Below, piece after piece: positions 14,301-26,594 of a stretch of 64,000 nt of DNA. This DNA comes from Asterias rubens (lineage: Eukaryota), in assembly GCF_902459465.1 (NCBI RefSeq), contig NC_047071.1:13330001-13394000 (forward strand), given 5' to 3'. The position numbers and the translations under genes are program-made. The notes below the pieces were generated by a model. The model saw nothing but the letters and a program-made list of their open reading frames with translations. It had not been told where the DNA came from and searched no databases. Numbering within the stretch: position 1 is the stretch's first letter; each line of letters begins with the position of its first letter.

Positions 14301-17300
14301 AGTGCTAACACACATCAGTGTGTATGGGTAAAATCCTAAATGAATATTCTTTATCCTCGATGCAAATTTAACATTTTTAAAAAGATCAATCTTTTGTCTT
14401 ATTCTCCTTCATGTACAGAATGCGGCAGAAGTGGTACGTACAATGCTAAGACTGAATGAGTTATCTGATAGTTCAACTGAAGATGTGTCCAAACCGATCT
14501 CTCTCAACGATATTATGAGAAGTTTACCCAAAGAGAACCAGATGAAGTTTGGGGTCGTAGAACAGTATCTCAAACTACTCGCAGAAGATCAGGTAAAATA
14601 ATTTGTTGAAAGCGACATCAGTTAACTCTTTCAGTGCCAAGGACGTCGTACATACAATCTATTTTATGTATTTCAAAAGTGCCATTATTGTACATGTACA
14701 ACTTGGTTTTATTTGCTCCACAAGTGTCACTCATCGAACATGCCGACCAATTATTACAAGAGGACATTATTACCTCTAGAAATACTATTGACTTATTATT
14801 GTGTCTGTTTGTTTGTTTACCAAGGCATTACAAATTAGCACGACACATTTTGTTTGGTGCGAAAGTGGTCCGGCCAACCGAACGCATGCTCTGATGTTGA
14901 CAGCAGCAGTGTGTGGGTTGGATACCTGGTCATGACACCTTTGTCCCTAAGCAATGCACTTAATCATAATTACTTTGTAAAAGTTGGAAAGGTAGCGCAT
15001 TCTGCTCTACCAACCAGGCTCCTAGTGGATGACACCCTTATGAACTGTGAAAGGGGTAACCCTGTTTCAGCCCCATGAGTAGGTGGCAACGTGCCCTTTC
15101 GCAGTTGACCTGGGTTGACAGCCCTAATCAGTTAATGTGGCCCTCACCGCTCGGTTATGACACGCCACAAATGTACACTTCCTGGTGAAGAATAAAACAG
15201 ATAAGACACTACTCTTTCCTACAGACATTCAAAAAGACAAAAAGGAGCTAGTTTTGTAATGTTGTTTGTACCATCTCTTATTGTGTCTGTTTGTTTGTTT
15301 ATTTATAGAACGAAATGATAACAAAGACTGGAGAAATGGGAGGAGGAACATACACCATTGGTATCCTTTAAAGAAATTCGAAGATGGGAATAAATTATAA
15401 AGCAAGTGCGTAAACAGGTCTCCTGACGATGACTAAAGCAAGCTAGTCGAAACATTGTGACCAATTAAAGCCATTATACACTTTCGGTACAGAAAAAAAA
15501 AAAGTTCACAGATTTACAAATAATTTACAGGGTTAAGAGAAGGTAATGGTGAAAGACTTCTCTTGAAATATTGGTCCATGAAATGCTTTACTTTTCGAGA
15601 AAACATTAAAACAATATCAATTCTCGATAGCGAGAAATACGGATTTATTTTAAACACATGTCATGACACGGCGAAACCAAGAGTCGGTTTTCCCGTAATT
15701 TTTCGACTCCGATGACCGATTGAGCCTAAATACTCACAGGTTTGTTATTTTATATATAAGTAGTGATACACAAAGTGTGGGACTTGGACATTACTGTTTA
15801 CCGAAAGTGTATAATGGCTTTAAGAACACACTTTGTGGTATGGCATTAAATAACAATCTTATAAGATATAGTAGATAGTCCCAGCCGATTTTCTACCTCC
15901 CGCCTAGGTAGTAGTTTAAAAGCAGGACAGTTCTTTGATAAGTCTCCGAAAAATCCGAACAATCTACTCAGCGGTAGTAGAATATATAGCAACACAGTTC
16001 TCTACAGAACTCTACCTGGCAAGTAGACACACACTATGGTGTTACTGCAAACCAAATTGTAAACAGGTCCTTACAAAGAAAGATATAATTATAATAATAT
16101 TAATGTGCCGCTTCCAAGGTTGTATCATAAACTTGGGTGTGATCCTTGGCTACATGGCAGTTAAAGACACTGTACACGTTTGGTAATTGTCAAAGACAAG
16201 TGTTCTCACTTGGTGTATCCCATCATAACCATAAAATAACAAGCCTGTGAAAATTTGGGCTCAATTGGTCATCGAAGTTGCGAGAAAATGATGAAAGAAA
16301 AACACCCTTGTTGGACGAATTTGTGTGCTTTCAGATAGGAATAAAAGACTTCTAGCGAGAAGTCTTTTATTATTTTAGTGAGAAGTTACCTCTTTCTCAA
16401 AAATTACGTTACTTTAGAAGGGAGACGTTTCCCACAATGTTATATACTATCAACAGCTCTCCAATGCTCGTCAGCAAGTCAGTTTTTAAGTTAATATCTG
16501 TTTTGAGTAATTACCAAATGTGTACCTTCCCTTTAGCCGCCAAACAAAGATATTGACAAAATAAGGAGACCGCAAACAGGGCTGGATAGGATCAGTTGGT
16601 AGAGCTTTGTCACATTATTCCGGAGGTCATTGGTTCAAGTCACGCTCCTGTTCATGTTTCTTTGCTCAAACCCAAACTGTTCAAAAACTTGCCCAGTCTG
16701 TTTCCACTGTGGTTTTTAATTAAGAAATATATTTTAGACAATTGGCCTTATTTCAAAAGCAACGTGTCATTCAAAAGGCAATTTTTTGTGACCTTAAGTT
16801 GGTATAAGACTTTCAGCAATCCTGTCGTGCATTAGCAATATCTACCATCGAATCGATTGTACTTGAACGTTTTGGCTCCAAGAGCTCCCGCATATTCAAG
16901 ACGCTGCTGCTGAAGAAATATCTGGAGCAGAAACAGGTACCGTTGTCATTTTGTTTGTTTATTTCTGGTGATGTGCCTGAACTGTAATAGCTTTCCATGG
17001 GGTTCTGTGCTGCATTGCTGTCCGTAGCTCTGCTGTCTCCAGGCTGGTGTCTTTCCTCAAAAGATCTAAGTAGGTCAACTTTGGTCTAGGCCTAGACCAC
17101 TACCTGCGTCCTTGTTTTGGTTCCCAGTGAATGAGTTTTGATGCAGACTCCTTACTCCTACTACAGTGCCCAGCAAATCTCATTCCTCAATCCCTGATCT
17201 TATCACTCAATCTTTGAAAGTCTCCATACAGCTCTACATTTGTCATTTACTGTTCCCAGTTAACATTTAGGACAGCCGTGAGCATACATGTGTAGGTGCC

Positions 17301-19558
17301 ATTCAACTCTTAAGCAAGTTTGGATGTAACAGTCCAGGGGCGGATTTCACAAAAAGTTAAGACTAGTCTTATCTCAAGTTAGGACGAGTCTTACGACTAG
17401 CCTTGAGTTTTTAATTTACCTAGGACTAGTCCTAAGCTAGGACTAGTCCTAAGTTAGGCATAGTCCTACCTCTTTGTGAATTCGACCCAGGCATGATACT
17501 TGACATGCCTCAACTTTTCACTAATTGCCTCCAACAGGTGGAAGAATTTGCCCTTATTCCTGCCAAAGAAGCCAAGGAGCTACTCTACAAGATGTTCTCA
17601 GAGCATTTCGTCTCTATGCAAGAAATCCCCCGCACCCCAGACCATGCGCCGTCTCGTACCTTCTATCTATTCACAGTAGAGATTACTCAACTCAGCAGGA
17701 TGGTACTGGAACACTGCTACAAATCACTCGCTAACCTCATGAGTAGGAGGGCATTTGAGACAAAGGAAAACAAGTAAGTCCTATCGAAAAAGTTTGAAAC
17801 AGGTGCGTTTTGCATTAGCACTATGTGTAAATTGCTTTTGAGAAGTGTTGGTGTGTGAGAAGAACACACCACCGGATCTTTTTAGAACCTAATTAAGTCC
17901 ATCAAAAAAAGATCTGAAAAGGATTTGAAACTTTGAAAGGTGGGAGTATTATCAGGTGAGGTTTGCACTAGCACCATGTGAAAATCTCTCTTGAGCATGT
18001 TGAGAAGAGTTGGTTATGAGAAGAAGCAACCACTGGTTCTTTTTAGAACCTAATTAAGTTAATCAAAGTAAAATCTGAAAAGGACCCAGTTGGACCTAGT
18101 TGCTCGATCTGGCAAGCACTTGTCGGATGTCCTGCCTAAATTAACTGTGTGTAAAGTTGTCGGCGTAGCGCCCGCCCAATAAGGACATTGCCCTGCCGGA
18201 CATCGGCTGGGCATCAACCAATTTATTAGAAATTTGTTTACGATGAGGTAACTTGGTGCCCGCCGATTCCCCAAAACGTCCTGACAGCTGCAAGGGTCAT
18301 GCCAAAAATGCCTAGAATTACGTCGCAAACTACTCATTAACTCATCTCAAGCTAATTGTGACTCGTAGACACTAGCTTCTCTGTTTGTTGTTATTGTTCA
18401 ACTCAAGATATTTTTCTTTCCAGACGTTTGATTGAGAAGTCACAGCGGGTCGAGGCCATTGCCGCCTCTTTACAAAACCACGGCGCTGACCAAGCTCAGA
18501 CGGCCGAAGTTGAAGATATGATTACACCATTAGAGAAAAATCAACTGGAGAAATACCGCAATAAAATGTCAAAGTAAGTTCTTCTAATATCTATGTCCAA
18601 AAGAAACAACTCAACCTTATTTCTGCCTAGTGTTAGATCTTTTAAATGGGTGTTTATTTGAAAGTCATTGATAGCTCTAAATCCAAGTCAAATCATTTCG
18701 TCAGTCGATATTCTGGGCGTGTCGTTGCGGACTGGATATAAGAACACCGGACTGATGCTCTGGTGTTTCTGTTCATCAGCAGAGTGTGGGTTTGAGTCCC
18801 GGTCATGACATTTGTGCTCTTGAGCAAGACACTTAGCTATTGTAGCTGCGCCCTTTGAATAGGACGCAAAGCATTAGATCCCTAGTGCTATGTTGTGCTC
18901 TACAAAGATCCCAGTGCACTTATCATAAAGAGAAGGGGTTCGCCCTGGTAATCCTGGTTTGAGTAGCTGCATATTGCAACAAAGCACCTTGTAACCCATT
19001 ACAGAGAAATGTCGTATTAAGCGTGTTATAAATTCAAATTTATTATTATTATTATTATTAAAGTATGCACCTCAACTGACAGCCAACATTATATTTATCA
19101 GTTAACCATTTTTACTACTTTGGTAGTCAAATTCCCCTTTTGACCGGGCTTGATTTGGGGGGAAATTCACAAGATGGGAGGAAGAAATTGTTTATCATTG
19201 ACTACTCTGATTGGCTACCATTTCACTTGACTTTTCATTTTTCAAAAGGTTGGCACAAAGTGAACTGTAGGGGGAACCCACAAGACCGAAGGGCTTGTAG
19301 CTCAAGTTTTTTCTGGATCAGAATTTTGTATTCAACACCAGAATACAATTAGAAAACACCACAACAAAACTGCAGAAGACCATTTTAGACACTTTCAAAA
19401 ATTTCAAGAACAAAATTCTAACGACGACTATTCTGAATGGCCCCTTATAACTATTTTCCTGGACTTTTCCATTTTACAACAGGTTGGCACAGAGTGAACT
19501 TCAAGTGGACTGTACCATCTTTACCTTGAGTAACAGCATTCGACTAGCGAGCAGGTGA
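11303..19558 (+). CDS. POLR3C: RNA polymerase III subunit RPC3 (RPC62), about 523 aa
   Basis: Exons 11303-11449, 12035-12281, 12554-12730, 13199-13278 (or 13196, tandem acceptor), 13677-13781, 14419-14592, 15309-15360, 16809-16936, 17538-17773, 18424-18573, 19483-19558 (TGA); total 1572 nt, phases consistent. Motifs include LIGEHFGDIVEKV, ALCVLIQHNMV, LVRYPRFI, IESIVLERFGSK..RIFK, KEAKELLYKM, QEIPRTPDHAPSRTFYLF. Confidence 0.95.
13950..14345 (+). mobile_element. Two adjacent tRNA-derived SINE copies (family S1)
   Basis: A/B-box-like head (TGGTCAAGTGG...GAATCCCACCC) plus body GGAAAGTACTGAGTATACAGTGCTAACACACATC; relatives near 3585-3680, 21010-21125, 34430-34640(-), 46110-46205, 54845-54960(-), 60500-60630. 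Confidence 0.65.
15465..15823 (+). mobile_element. TTAA-flanked MITE, family B (Kolobok-like)
   Basis: TTAA|AGCCATTATACACTTTCGGT...ACCGAAAGTGTATAATGGCT|TTAA; homologous copies at 25286-25650, 60631-61004 and a partial copy at 20288-20455. Confidence 0.75.
16161..16536 (-). mobile_element. TTAA-flanked MITE, family A variant (Kolobok-like)
   Basis: Closely similar to 49939-50315; interior shared with family A. Confidence 0.7.
17338..17487. mobile_element. Harbinger-like MITE with CAG TSD
   Basis: TIR GGGCGGATTTCACAAA / TTTGTGAATTCGACC, CAG on both sides; relatives at about 4435-4562 and 55435-55601 (CTG TSD). Confidence 0.65.
18720..19030 (+). mobile_element. SINE with CORE-like GTG(T/C)(C/T)CTTGAGCAAGACACTT motif
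   Basis: Related fragments at 4255-4400, 7430-7640(-), 12290-12440, 13365-13470(-), 14890-15190. Confidence 0.55.
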
Positions 19559-19934
19559 AGAAGACACCATCCTCATACCGGTTAAAATATTTCAGCTAAA
19601 ATCTGAATAAGCTTTGAAAACATACAAGCCCTTAAACAGCCTTTGATCGCTCTACCCCGGGCAAATTGGCATACCCCAGGGAAAAGCTACCCCTGCTCTG
19701 GAGTAGGGGTAAGCGGTAAAACCCTGGGGTATTCCTGAAACGTCAACTGGGAACCCCCTCAATTAGGGACTTAGGTGGGGACAGGGTGAAAGTGTGGAGG
19801 GGTAACTGTGGGGTAAAAACAAACTCCTGGGGCCTCCCCCCCCCCAGGGCTGTATTGTACTAGGGTAAGAGATACAGTGTGAAAAGGATAGTTTATGAAA
19901 ACTTAACGCAATCATTCATCTTCTCAAGCACATC

Positions 19935-20291
19935 TTAAAGGCAGTGGACACTATTGGTAATTTCTCAAAATAATTATTAGCATAAAACCTTACTTGGTAA
20001 CGAGTAATGGAGAGCTGTTGAAAGTATAAAACAATGTGAGAACGGCTCCCTCTGATGAAGTAATATAGTTTTCGAGAAAGAAGTAATTTCCACGAATTTG
20101 ATTTCAAAACCTCAGATTTTGAGGTTCATGACATCAAGCATCTGAAAGCACACAACTTCGTTATTATCTCGCAACTTTGACGACCAATTGAGGTCAAATT
20201 TTCACAGGTTTGTTATTTTATGCATATGTTGAGATACACCAAGTGAGAAGACTGGTCTTTGACAATTACCGATAGTGTCCAGTGTTTTTAA
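19935..20291 (+). mobile_element. TTAA-flanked MITE, family A (Kolobok-like)
   Basis: TTAA|AGGCAGTGGACACTATTGGTAATT...AATTACCGATAGTGTCCAGTGTTT|TTAA; copies at 43681-44063, 62238-62616, partial 29380-29790, and a split copy at 33166-33186 plus 37604-37800. Confidence 0.75.
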
Positions 20292-22757
20292 AGCCATTGG
20301 ACACTTTCGGTACAGAATTTTTTTTAAAGAGATTTACAAATAACTTACAGGGTTTACAGAAGGTAATGGTGAAAGACTTCTCTTGAAATATTATTCCATG
20401 AAATGCTTTACTTTTTGAGAAAACATTAAAACAATATCAATTCTCGACATCGAAACAAGGGAAAGTGACGGGGTAATTTTTTAATAATTTGGTGTCAAAC
20501 AACACAATTTAACTGTGGGTGCATTCGGTTAGCTTCCCCGGGTCGGCCCCCGTCTGCCCCGGTACATTCGAACAGCTTTGACGTCATTCCAGGGGCTCAC
20601 ATGGGTCAGCCCCCAGTGCTCTGCTTGTGGAACGGGTCACTTGGGGCAGGCCCGAGGTGCATGCCGTCACCACAAGAGGGCGAGTGTGACCGTTCAATTA
20701 GCTTTTGTCAGGGGCTCACCCGAATGAGCACCGCGGGGTCGACAAGGGAATGTTTGGATTACTAGCTCAGTTGGTAGAGCACTGGACCAGAGGTCGCAGG
20801 TTCAAATCCTGCTCTAGTAAGTTTGTATTTGTTGAACCTAGAATTATTTTACATAACCTGCTACAAAGCTGTTCTTCACATTATGTACAGTCTATGTCAA
20901 TAAAGTAAAATGCTTTTTGATTTAATTAAACGATTGAAGTTGTTTTATTTGTTGTCAAATAATTTGTTCCAAGACCCAATGAATCAGAAGATCTAGTTGG
21001 TTTGACACTGCTCTAGAATCCCACCCGAGTATAATATGCCTGTGATTTTTTTTTCACCGAACTCGGGTAAGCACTGAGTCAACAGTGCTAACACACATCA
21101 GTGTGTATGGGTAAAACCAAAATTAATATAAGATCAAGTTTGTAGCACATTTCCAGAGTCAAAGTTGTATACACACAATTAATGATAAGAAACAAAAGCG
21201 TCACAACCAAAGAAATAGGTTTCTTTGAAACCATGTTAGATAGAGATGTTCAAGGGAAAGTATACTTTGGGTAATTTCTCCAAAAAATACAAACTTGGTG
21301 GAGAGCACTGTAGAGCTAATTGCTGTGACAAAACATTGTAAGAAACGACCCCATCTGAAGCATGTAGTTTTAGAGCAAGATATAATTCTGCCAATGCTAA
21401 AATTACGCCATATACATGTCCTGTGAATAATCATATAAATGAACACTAAAGTCAACTGCTGCTGTGATTAATTAACATCGTCAAATTAAGTTTATTGAGA
21501 ATGCAAATAAACATTTACAACCAGTGGATGATACAATTCAAATCATACAAACTACAATCGCTCGCAAAGAAATTAACATCGGCTTTTGACATTATACACC
21601 TATTTACAAAACTCAATATATATATAAAAAAACAACTTGAGAAAGGGAAACTATATTCACACTTTGTACTGGAAATAGATGCGCCAAGAGGTTTATAAGT
21701 ATTCCAAATTAAGTATGCCAAATAAAGTATGCCCCTATTTGTACAGTTCTATACTCCACATGCCAAGCACAACCCATATGCATTTAGCAAAAAGACCAGG
21801 GACCAATTTCATAAAGCCTGTACGCATAAAACTTGCTAAGCACAGAACAATCTTGCCTAACAGAAACTGGTTACAAGCCAAAATTCCATGAAGTTTACAT
21901 TGTTGCAACTGGTGCCTCATTCAATTTTTGCTTAGCAAAGAAATTTGCTCAGCAGTATTTTCAGTTTAAAATTGCGATGACCAGTTCTACTAGGGAGCAC
22001 CCCACTAAATAAACTCCCATAGCATACATTGCAAAATGCTGAACATTCAAAAATACAAAAGAAAATACTTAAAAGTCTCACAGCTTTTTACAGTAAAGGT
22101 GAAATTATCCATTGACTATTGCTCAATTTGATATAGGGAGTCCAAAGGCTTGGCTCTACCTCCAAAATAAAAAACCACACCTGTGTAATTTTTCAAATGG
22201 CTGAGCATCAACCTTGAAAAATCAAATTTGCAGTTTTTGAGAAATGAGTATAAAAAAAAACAGATTTATTCTTTATCTCACAAGACTGCAAAACTCAATG
22301 TTTTAAAACTGGAAAAGCACATACTATTTTCATGTGACTCCTATGACTGATTGAGCTTAGACATGCAAAACAACTTTTCACAAATTTGATTGTTTGTTTC
22401 GGGGCCGAACAAAGAAAAATTGAAAACTTGAACCAACGACCTCCGGATTATTGTACTGGCGCTCTACCAACTGAGCTACATGTATCTAGCCATATGTTGG
22501 TAGTCTCCCTATTTTGTTAGTATCTTTGTTTTGGGGTACAACTGTCATGGTAGCCAGGGATCACACCCAAGTTTACGATACAACCTTGGAAGAAGCAGCA
22601 AAAAAAACCAGACTACCATGAAAGACAATTCTATTTTCTACAACTTAATAACTCCTCTGAACAACTGCAAGTATTAACCACAAATGGACAGTGATTGATG
22701 AGATTTCACATTCTAGAATTATTTGTAAGAACCCTTTCTGACTCTACAAATTCTGAA

Positions 22758-23060
22758 CCATTATCTGAAAACGATTCTCAAACACGGTTCCTATGACAAC
22801 AATACCAATAGGATTCTGTAGGAACCGTTATCTGAAAACAGTTCTCAAAACCAGATCTTATGACATCAATACCAGTAGGAGTCTGTAGGAACCGTTATCT
22901 GAAAACAGTTCTCAAAACCAGTTCTGATGACATTAATACCAATAGGATTCTGTAGGAACCGTTATCTAAAAACAGTTCTCAAAACCAGTTCCGCTGACAA
23001 CAAGAAGACTCATCGGTTCTGTGGGAACCACTATCTAAAAAAGGTTCTCAAGAGAACCCT
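22758..23060. repeat. Degenerate about 67-bp tandem repeat (4-5 units) downstream of the pygopus stop
   Basis: Recurring CCGTTATCTGAAAACAGTTCTCAAAACCAG...AGGATTCTGTAGGAA. Confidence 0.8.
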
Positions 23061-23129
23061 TTTTGATATAAACTCAATGGTTCAAATCTTTTTGAGTAAC
23101 ACACAAGACCACAAAGCTTTTAGGTAGCT

Positions 23130-23880
23130 AACAATTATCTACTGGACCAGAATTATGTGTAGTAAACCAGAATTGATAATTGTCACTGTTGACCAGAAAA
23201 CAAACATAACTGGTTGTAGTTTAACTAACAGTCATGAAGATTTTAAATGTTTCTTTTACTTATGTTGACCAGATACATGTAGCATTACTGGTTGTGGTTT
23301 GACTCTAACCATAATGGAGGATTTTAACAGTCTAACGTATTTATATAATGAATTATTGTCACTGTTGACCATACCAGATAACATAACTGGTAGTGGTTTA
23401 ACTCTAACCATAATGAGGAGTTTAACGGTTCCTTACTTAGTTATTGTCACTGTTGACCAGATAACATGACTGGTTGTGGTTTTACTCTAACCATAATGAG
23501 GAGTTTAACGGTCCCATACTTTAGTTATGTTGACCAGATAACATAACCGGCTGTGGGTTTAAGTCAATCCATAATGAGGAGTTTAACGGTCAGATACTTT
23601 AGTTATGTTGACCAGATAACATAACCGGTTGTGGTTTAACTTAAATCATTAACAGGAGTTTAGCGGTCCCATACTTTAGTTATGTTGACCAGATAACATA
23701 ACCGGTTGTGGGTTTAAGTCAATCCATAATGAGGAGTTTAACGGTCAGATACTTTAGTTATGTTGACCAGATAACATAACCGGTTGTGGTTTAACTTAAA
23801 TCATTAACAGGAGTTTAGCGGTCCCATACTTTAGTTATGTTGTCCAGATAACATAACCGGTTGTGGTTTAACTCTGACCA
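23130..23880. repeat. 77/78-bp tandem repeat (155-bp dimer) overlapping the pygopus stop codon
   Basis: TTAGTTATGTTG(A/T)CCAGATAAC recurs at 23521, 23599, 23676, 23754 and 23831; older copies decay toward 23130. Confidence 0.9.
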
Positions 23881-25901
23881 AAGGAATCTTCTTCTCCTTA
23901 ATACAACGATCACATGCCCACTCAGCGAGATACTCTGTGGTGAGTAAGGAATATGCAGCTTCGGTTAAACCAGTACATAGTCGATGAAACCACATATTGC
24001 AACCACTTTCACATTGAATAGCATCTTCAGTATCGTGGACTTCCTGGCGACAAAGACCGCACAGAACAAGGGGTGGCCCGTGGGGGTTATTCATATTGAA
24101 CATGGGATGAGGAGGGGGGCCGTGATGGGGGGGGCCATGAGGGGGGCCGTGAGGGGGGCCATGGGGGGGACCGTTTGGGGGTCCTGGCCCAGGACCCCCT
24201 GGCCCAGGACCCCCGTGGTAGTTCCCCGGTGGCATCCCCCGCTGGAAGTTACTATTCATCATTCCAGGGAACTGTGCCGCGTTCACACTGCGGGGGTTCA
24301 TGCGGCGCGCCATGAATCCCGCGTGGTTTCTGCGCGGGTCAGAATTAGGGTTGTCGTCGAAGGGATTGGTGGCGCTGATGTGACCGGTATGGATGGGCTG
24401 GGGAGGGAAGAGACCCTGGGTGACGTCAGAAGCGCTGGCAGCCTGTTAGTTGAGTAAAAAAAAAAAGACATATCGTCAATGTTTTTAAGAAGAGGCAGTT
24501 CTTAAAAATATCATACAAAGTTTCAAGTGATGAAACACTACTATTAATAATAATAAACACTTTTTATTTACACAAAATTAAAATGAAGTTTAAAGTGTTT
24601 TTGGAAAGTCAAAAAGAGGACAACCAGAACTGACGAAGACAAAAATTACAGAAAATACAAACAGAACCAAAAAATGCATACAATGAATACTATAGTACCT
24701 GAAAGGCCCTTAGCCGACATGCTTTGGCAGTGGCTTCCAAAACAGTGAGGGGGTTTTTTGCGAGACAGAATGATGATTTCTAGTAGGGCAATAGTCATGT
24801 TTTGTTACAAAACGAATGGGAGACTTTGGAACGCTAGGTGGCAGCAGACCTACCAGGTAAATTTCCATTGTTTACGTAGCTCTGAGCGTGCGCACATTAC
24901 AGAGAACAATGGATTTACCTGGTAAGTCTGCTGCCACCTAGCGTCTCAAAAGTTAGCATAAAGAAAATTTTGAGTTTTCACAAAGAGATAATTTTTATGA
25001 CCCATCAGTTTTCTTGAACAAACGATTTCGTTTACAATTCCCTACATTTTACGTACCTGTTTAGCAGCGCCCTTCCTGTGTTTTTTCTTGGGGCTAGAGG
25101 GCTCACTAACATTAGAATGTTCACTCTCAGTTTGACTGATTAGATCACTATCTGAAGAAGCTAAGCAAGAAATAAAAAATAAATGTACATTAAAAAATTA
25201 TAAACAAAACAGTTGTTAAAATACATACGTTATAAAATATCAATAACATTTTTGTCAGAGTCAAAATCATTTATTTGTGGATGAATTAAAGCCATTTGAC
25301 ACTTCCGGTAAACAGTATTGTCCAAAGGCCCACACTTCGTGTATCACAACTTATATATAAAATAACAAACCTGTGAAAATTTAGGCTCAATTGGTCATCG
25401 GAGTCGGGAGAAAATAACGGGAAAACCCACCCTTGTTTTCACACGTTTCGCCGTGTCATGACATGTGTTTACAGTAAATCCGTAATTCTCGATATCGAGA
25501 ATTGATAATCGTTCTAATGTTTTCTCAAAAAGTAAAGCACTTCATGGAATAATATTTCAAGAGAAGTCTCTGACCATTACCTTCTGTAAACCCTGTAAGT
25601 TATTTGTAAAGTTGTGATTTTTCTGTTCCGAAAGTGTATAATGGCTTTAAGCGAGTTTCATGAACATGAATATTGAGCCTTGAGGAGAGTTTTTGCTGTG
25701 ACGATTGCCCTCTGCAAAGTTGCAACACAAATTTACATTTACCTGATAGAAGTGAGTGCCCCTTCCCATATGGAAAAAATTGTTGTGCCCAAAGCGAGTT
25801 TCAAGTCTGTAACAGTTATTTTTAAATGTTTTTATCAATTGACTTAACTCTACCTTACCTCTGAATTTCTTACTCTTGGATTTATTTTTGTCTCTTGGCA
25901 T
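23831..25901 (-). CDS. PYGO: Pygopus homolog (Wnt/beta-catenin co-activator with PHD finger), 249 aa
   Basis: Exons 25859-25901 (MPRDKNKSKSKKFR), 25057-25151 (SSPKKKHRK, NLS-like) and 23831-24442 (ATNPFDD NPF motif, Pro/Gly/His-rich linker, PHD CGLC..IQCESGCNMWFHRLCTGLTEAAYSLL...WACDRC); 750 nt, phases 1/0 consistent. Confidence 0.92.
24817..24954. mobile_element. Short palindromic MITE
   Basis: Arms ACGCTAGGTGGCAGCAGAC / GTCTGCTGCCACCTAGCGT; second copy at 36263-36405. Confidence 0.7.
25286..25650 (-). mobile_element. TTAA-flanked MITE, family B
   Basis: Reverse-orientation homolog of 15465-15823. Confidence 0.75.
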
Positions 25902-26594
25902 TAGCAAATAGCAGGATAGAGGGCAGACGCCCGCTGGTTATCTGCGAAGATTGAAGCTTGATTACATATCCTTGAATGACGCAGTGAAGAGCATGATACT
26001 AGTAAGTTGTACGAGATGATAATGTCACTTTGTTGATTGATCAGATGCTTCAAAGATGCTTCAAAGCTTCGTTTGTTTCTGAAATCAAAAGAAAAGTGTG
26101 GATGAATATCAGCTCGACAGGCATCTACAAGCAGTTTTGTAGCGGCTAGATTGCCCCGGTTTGCGGTGCTGGAAGGGCCTGTCCAAAAGTAACAAATTAC
26201 GCCCAGCACTCTGACTGACCAAAATACACTGTGCATTCCCCAACACAGATTTCCATGGCCCCATACCATAGCTACACAAGAATAATTTTGCTGAACCGTT
26301 TGCCCGGATTCCCAATTGGTGGACTAATTCTAATCAAGAGACCACCACGTCCTACCAGGGCTAGTCTACATAGCTACAACAGTCAACGCTGACCATGCTG
26401 ACTTTATTATGTGGGATAATTTTCTGCACGTCGCCACCAATTTATCCACCCTTTAACTCCAAAACCACCGATTTTTTTTCTTACCTGAGAAGAAGGATTA
26501 CCGCATATATACATCCAGAAAAAAAAGAGAGAAAAATAACGTAACAATAACAGTTTGTAAACAATCAATGGTCAAATTTGGGCACAAGTCATGC

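Larger units (their letters stand above)
15361..16808 (+). other. U12-type (minor spliceosome) GT-AG intron of POLR3C
   Basis: Donor GTATCCTTT. Branch-like CCTTAA at 16792-16797 lies 11 nt before the AG at 16807-16808, with no polypyrimidine tract between them. The frame is restored only with this AG. Confidence 0.8.
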
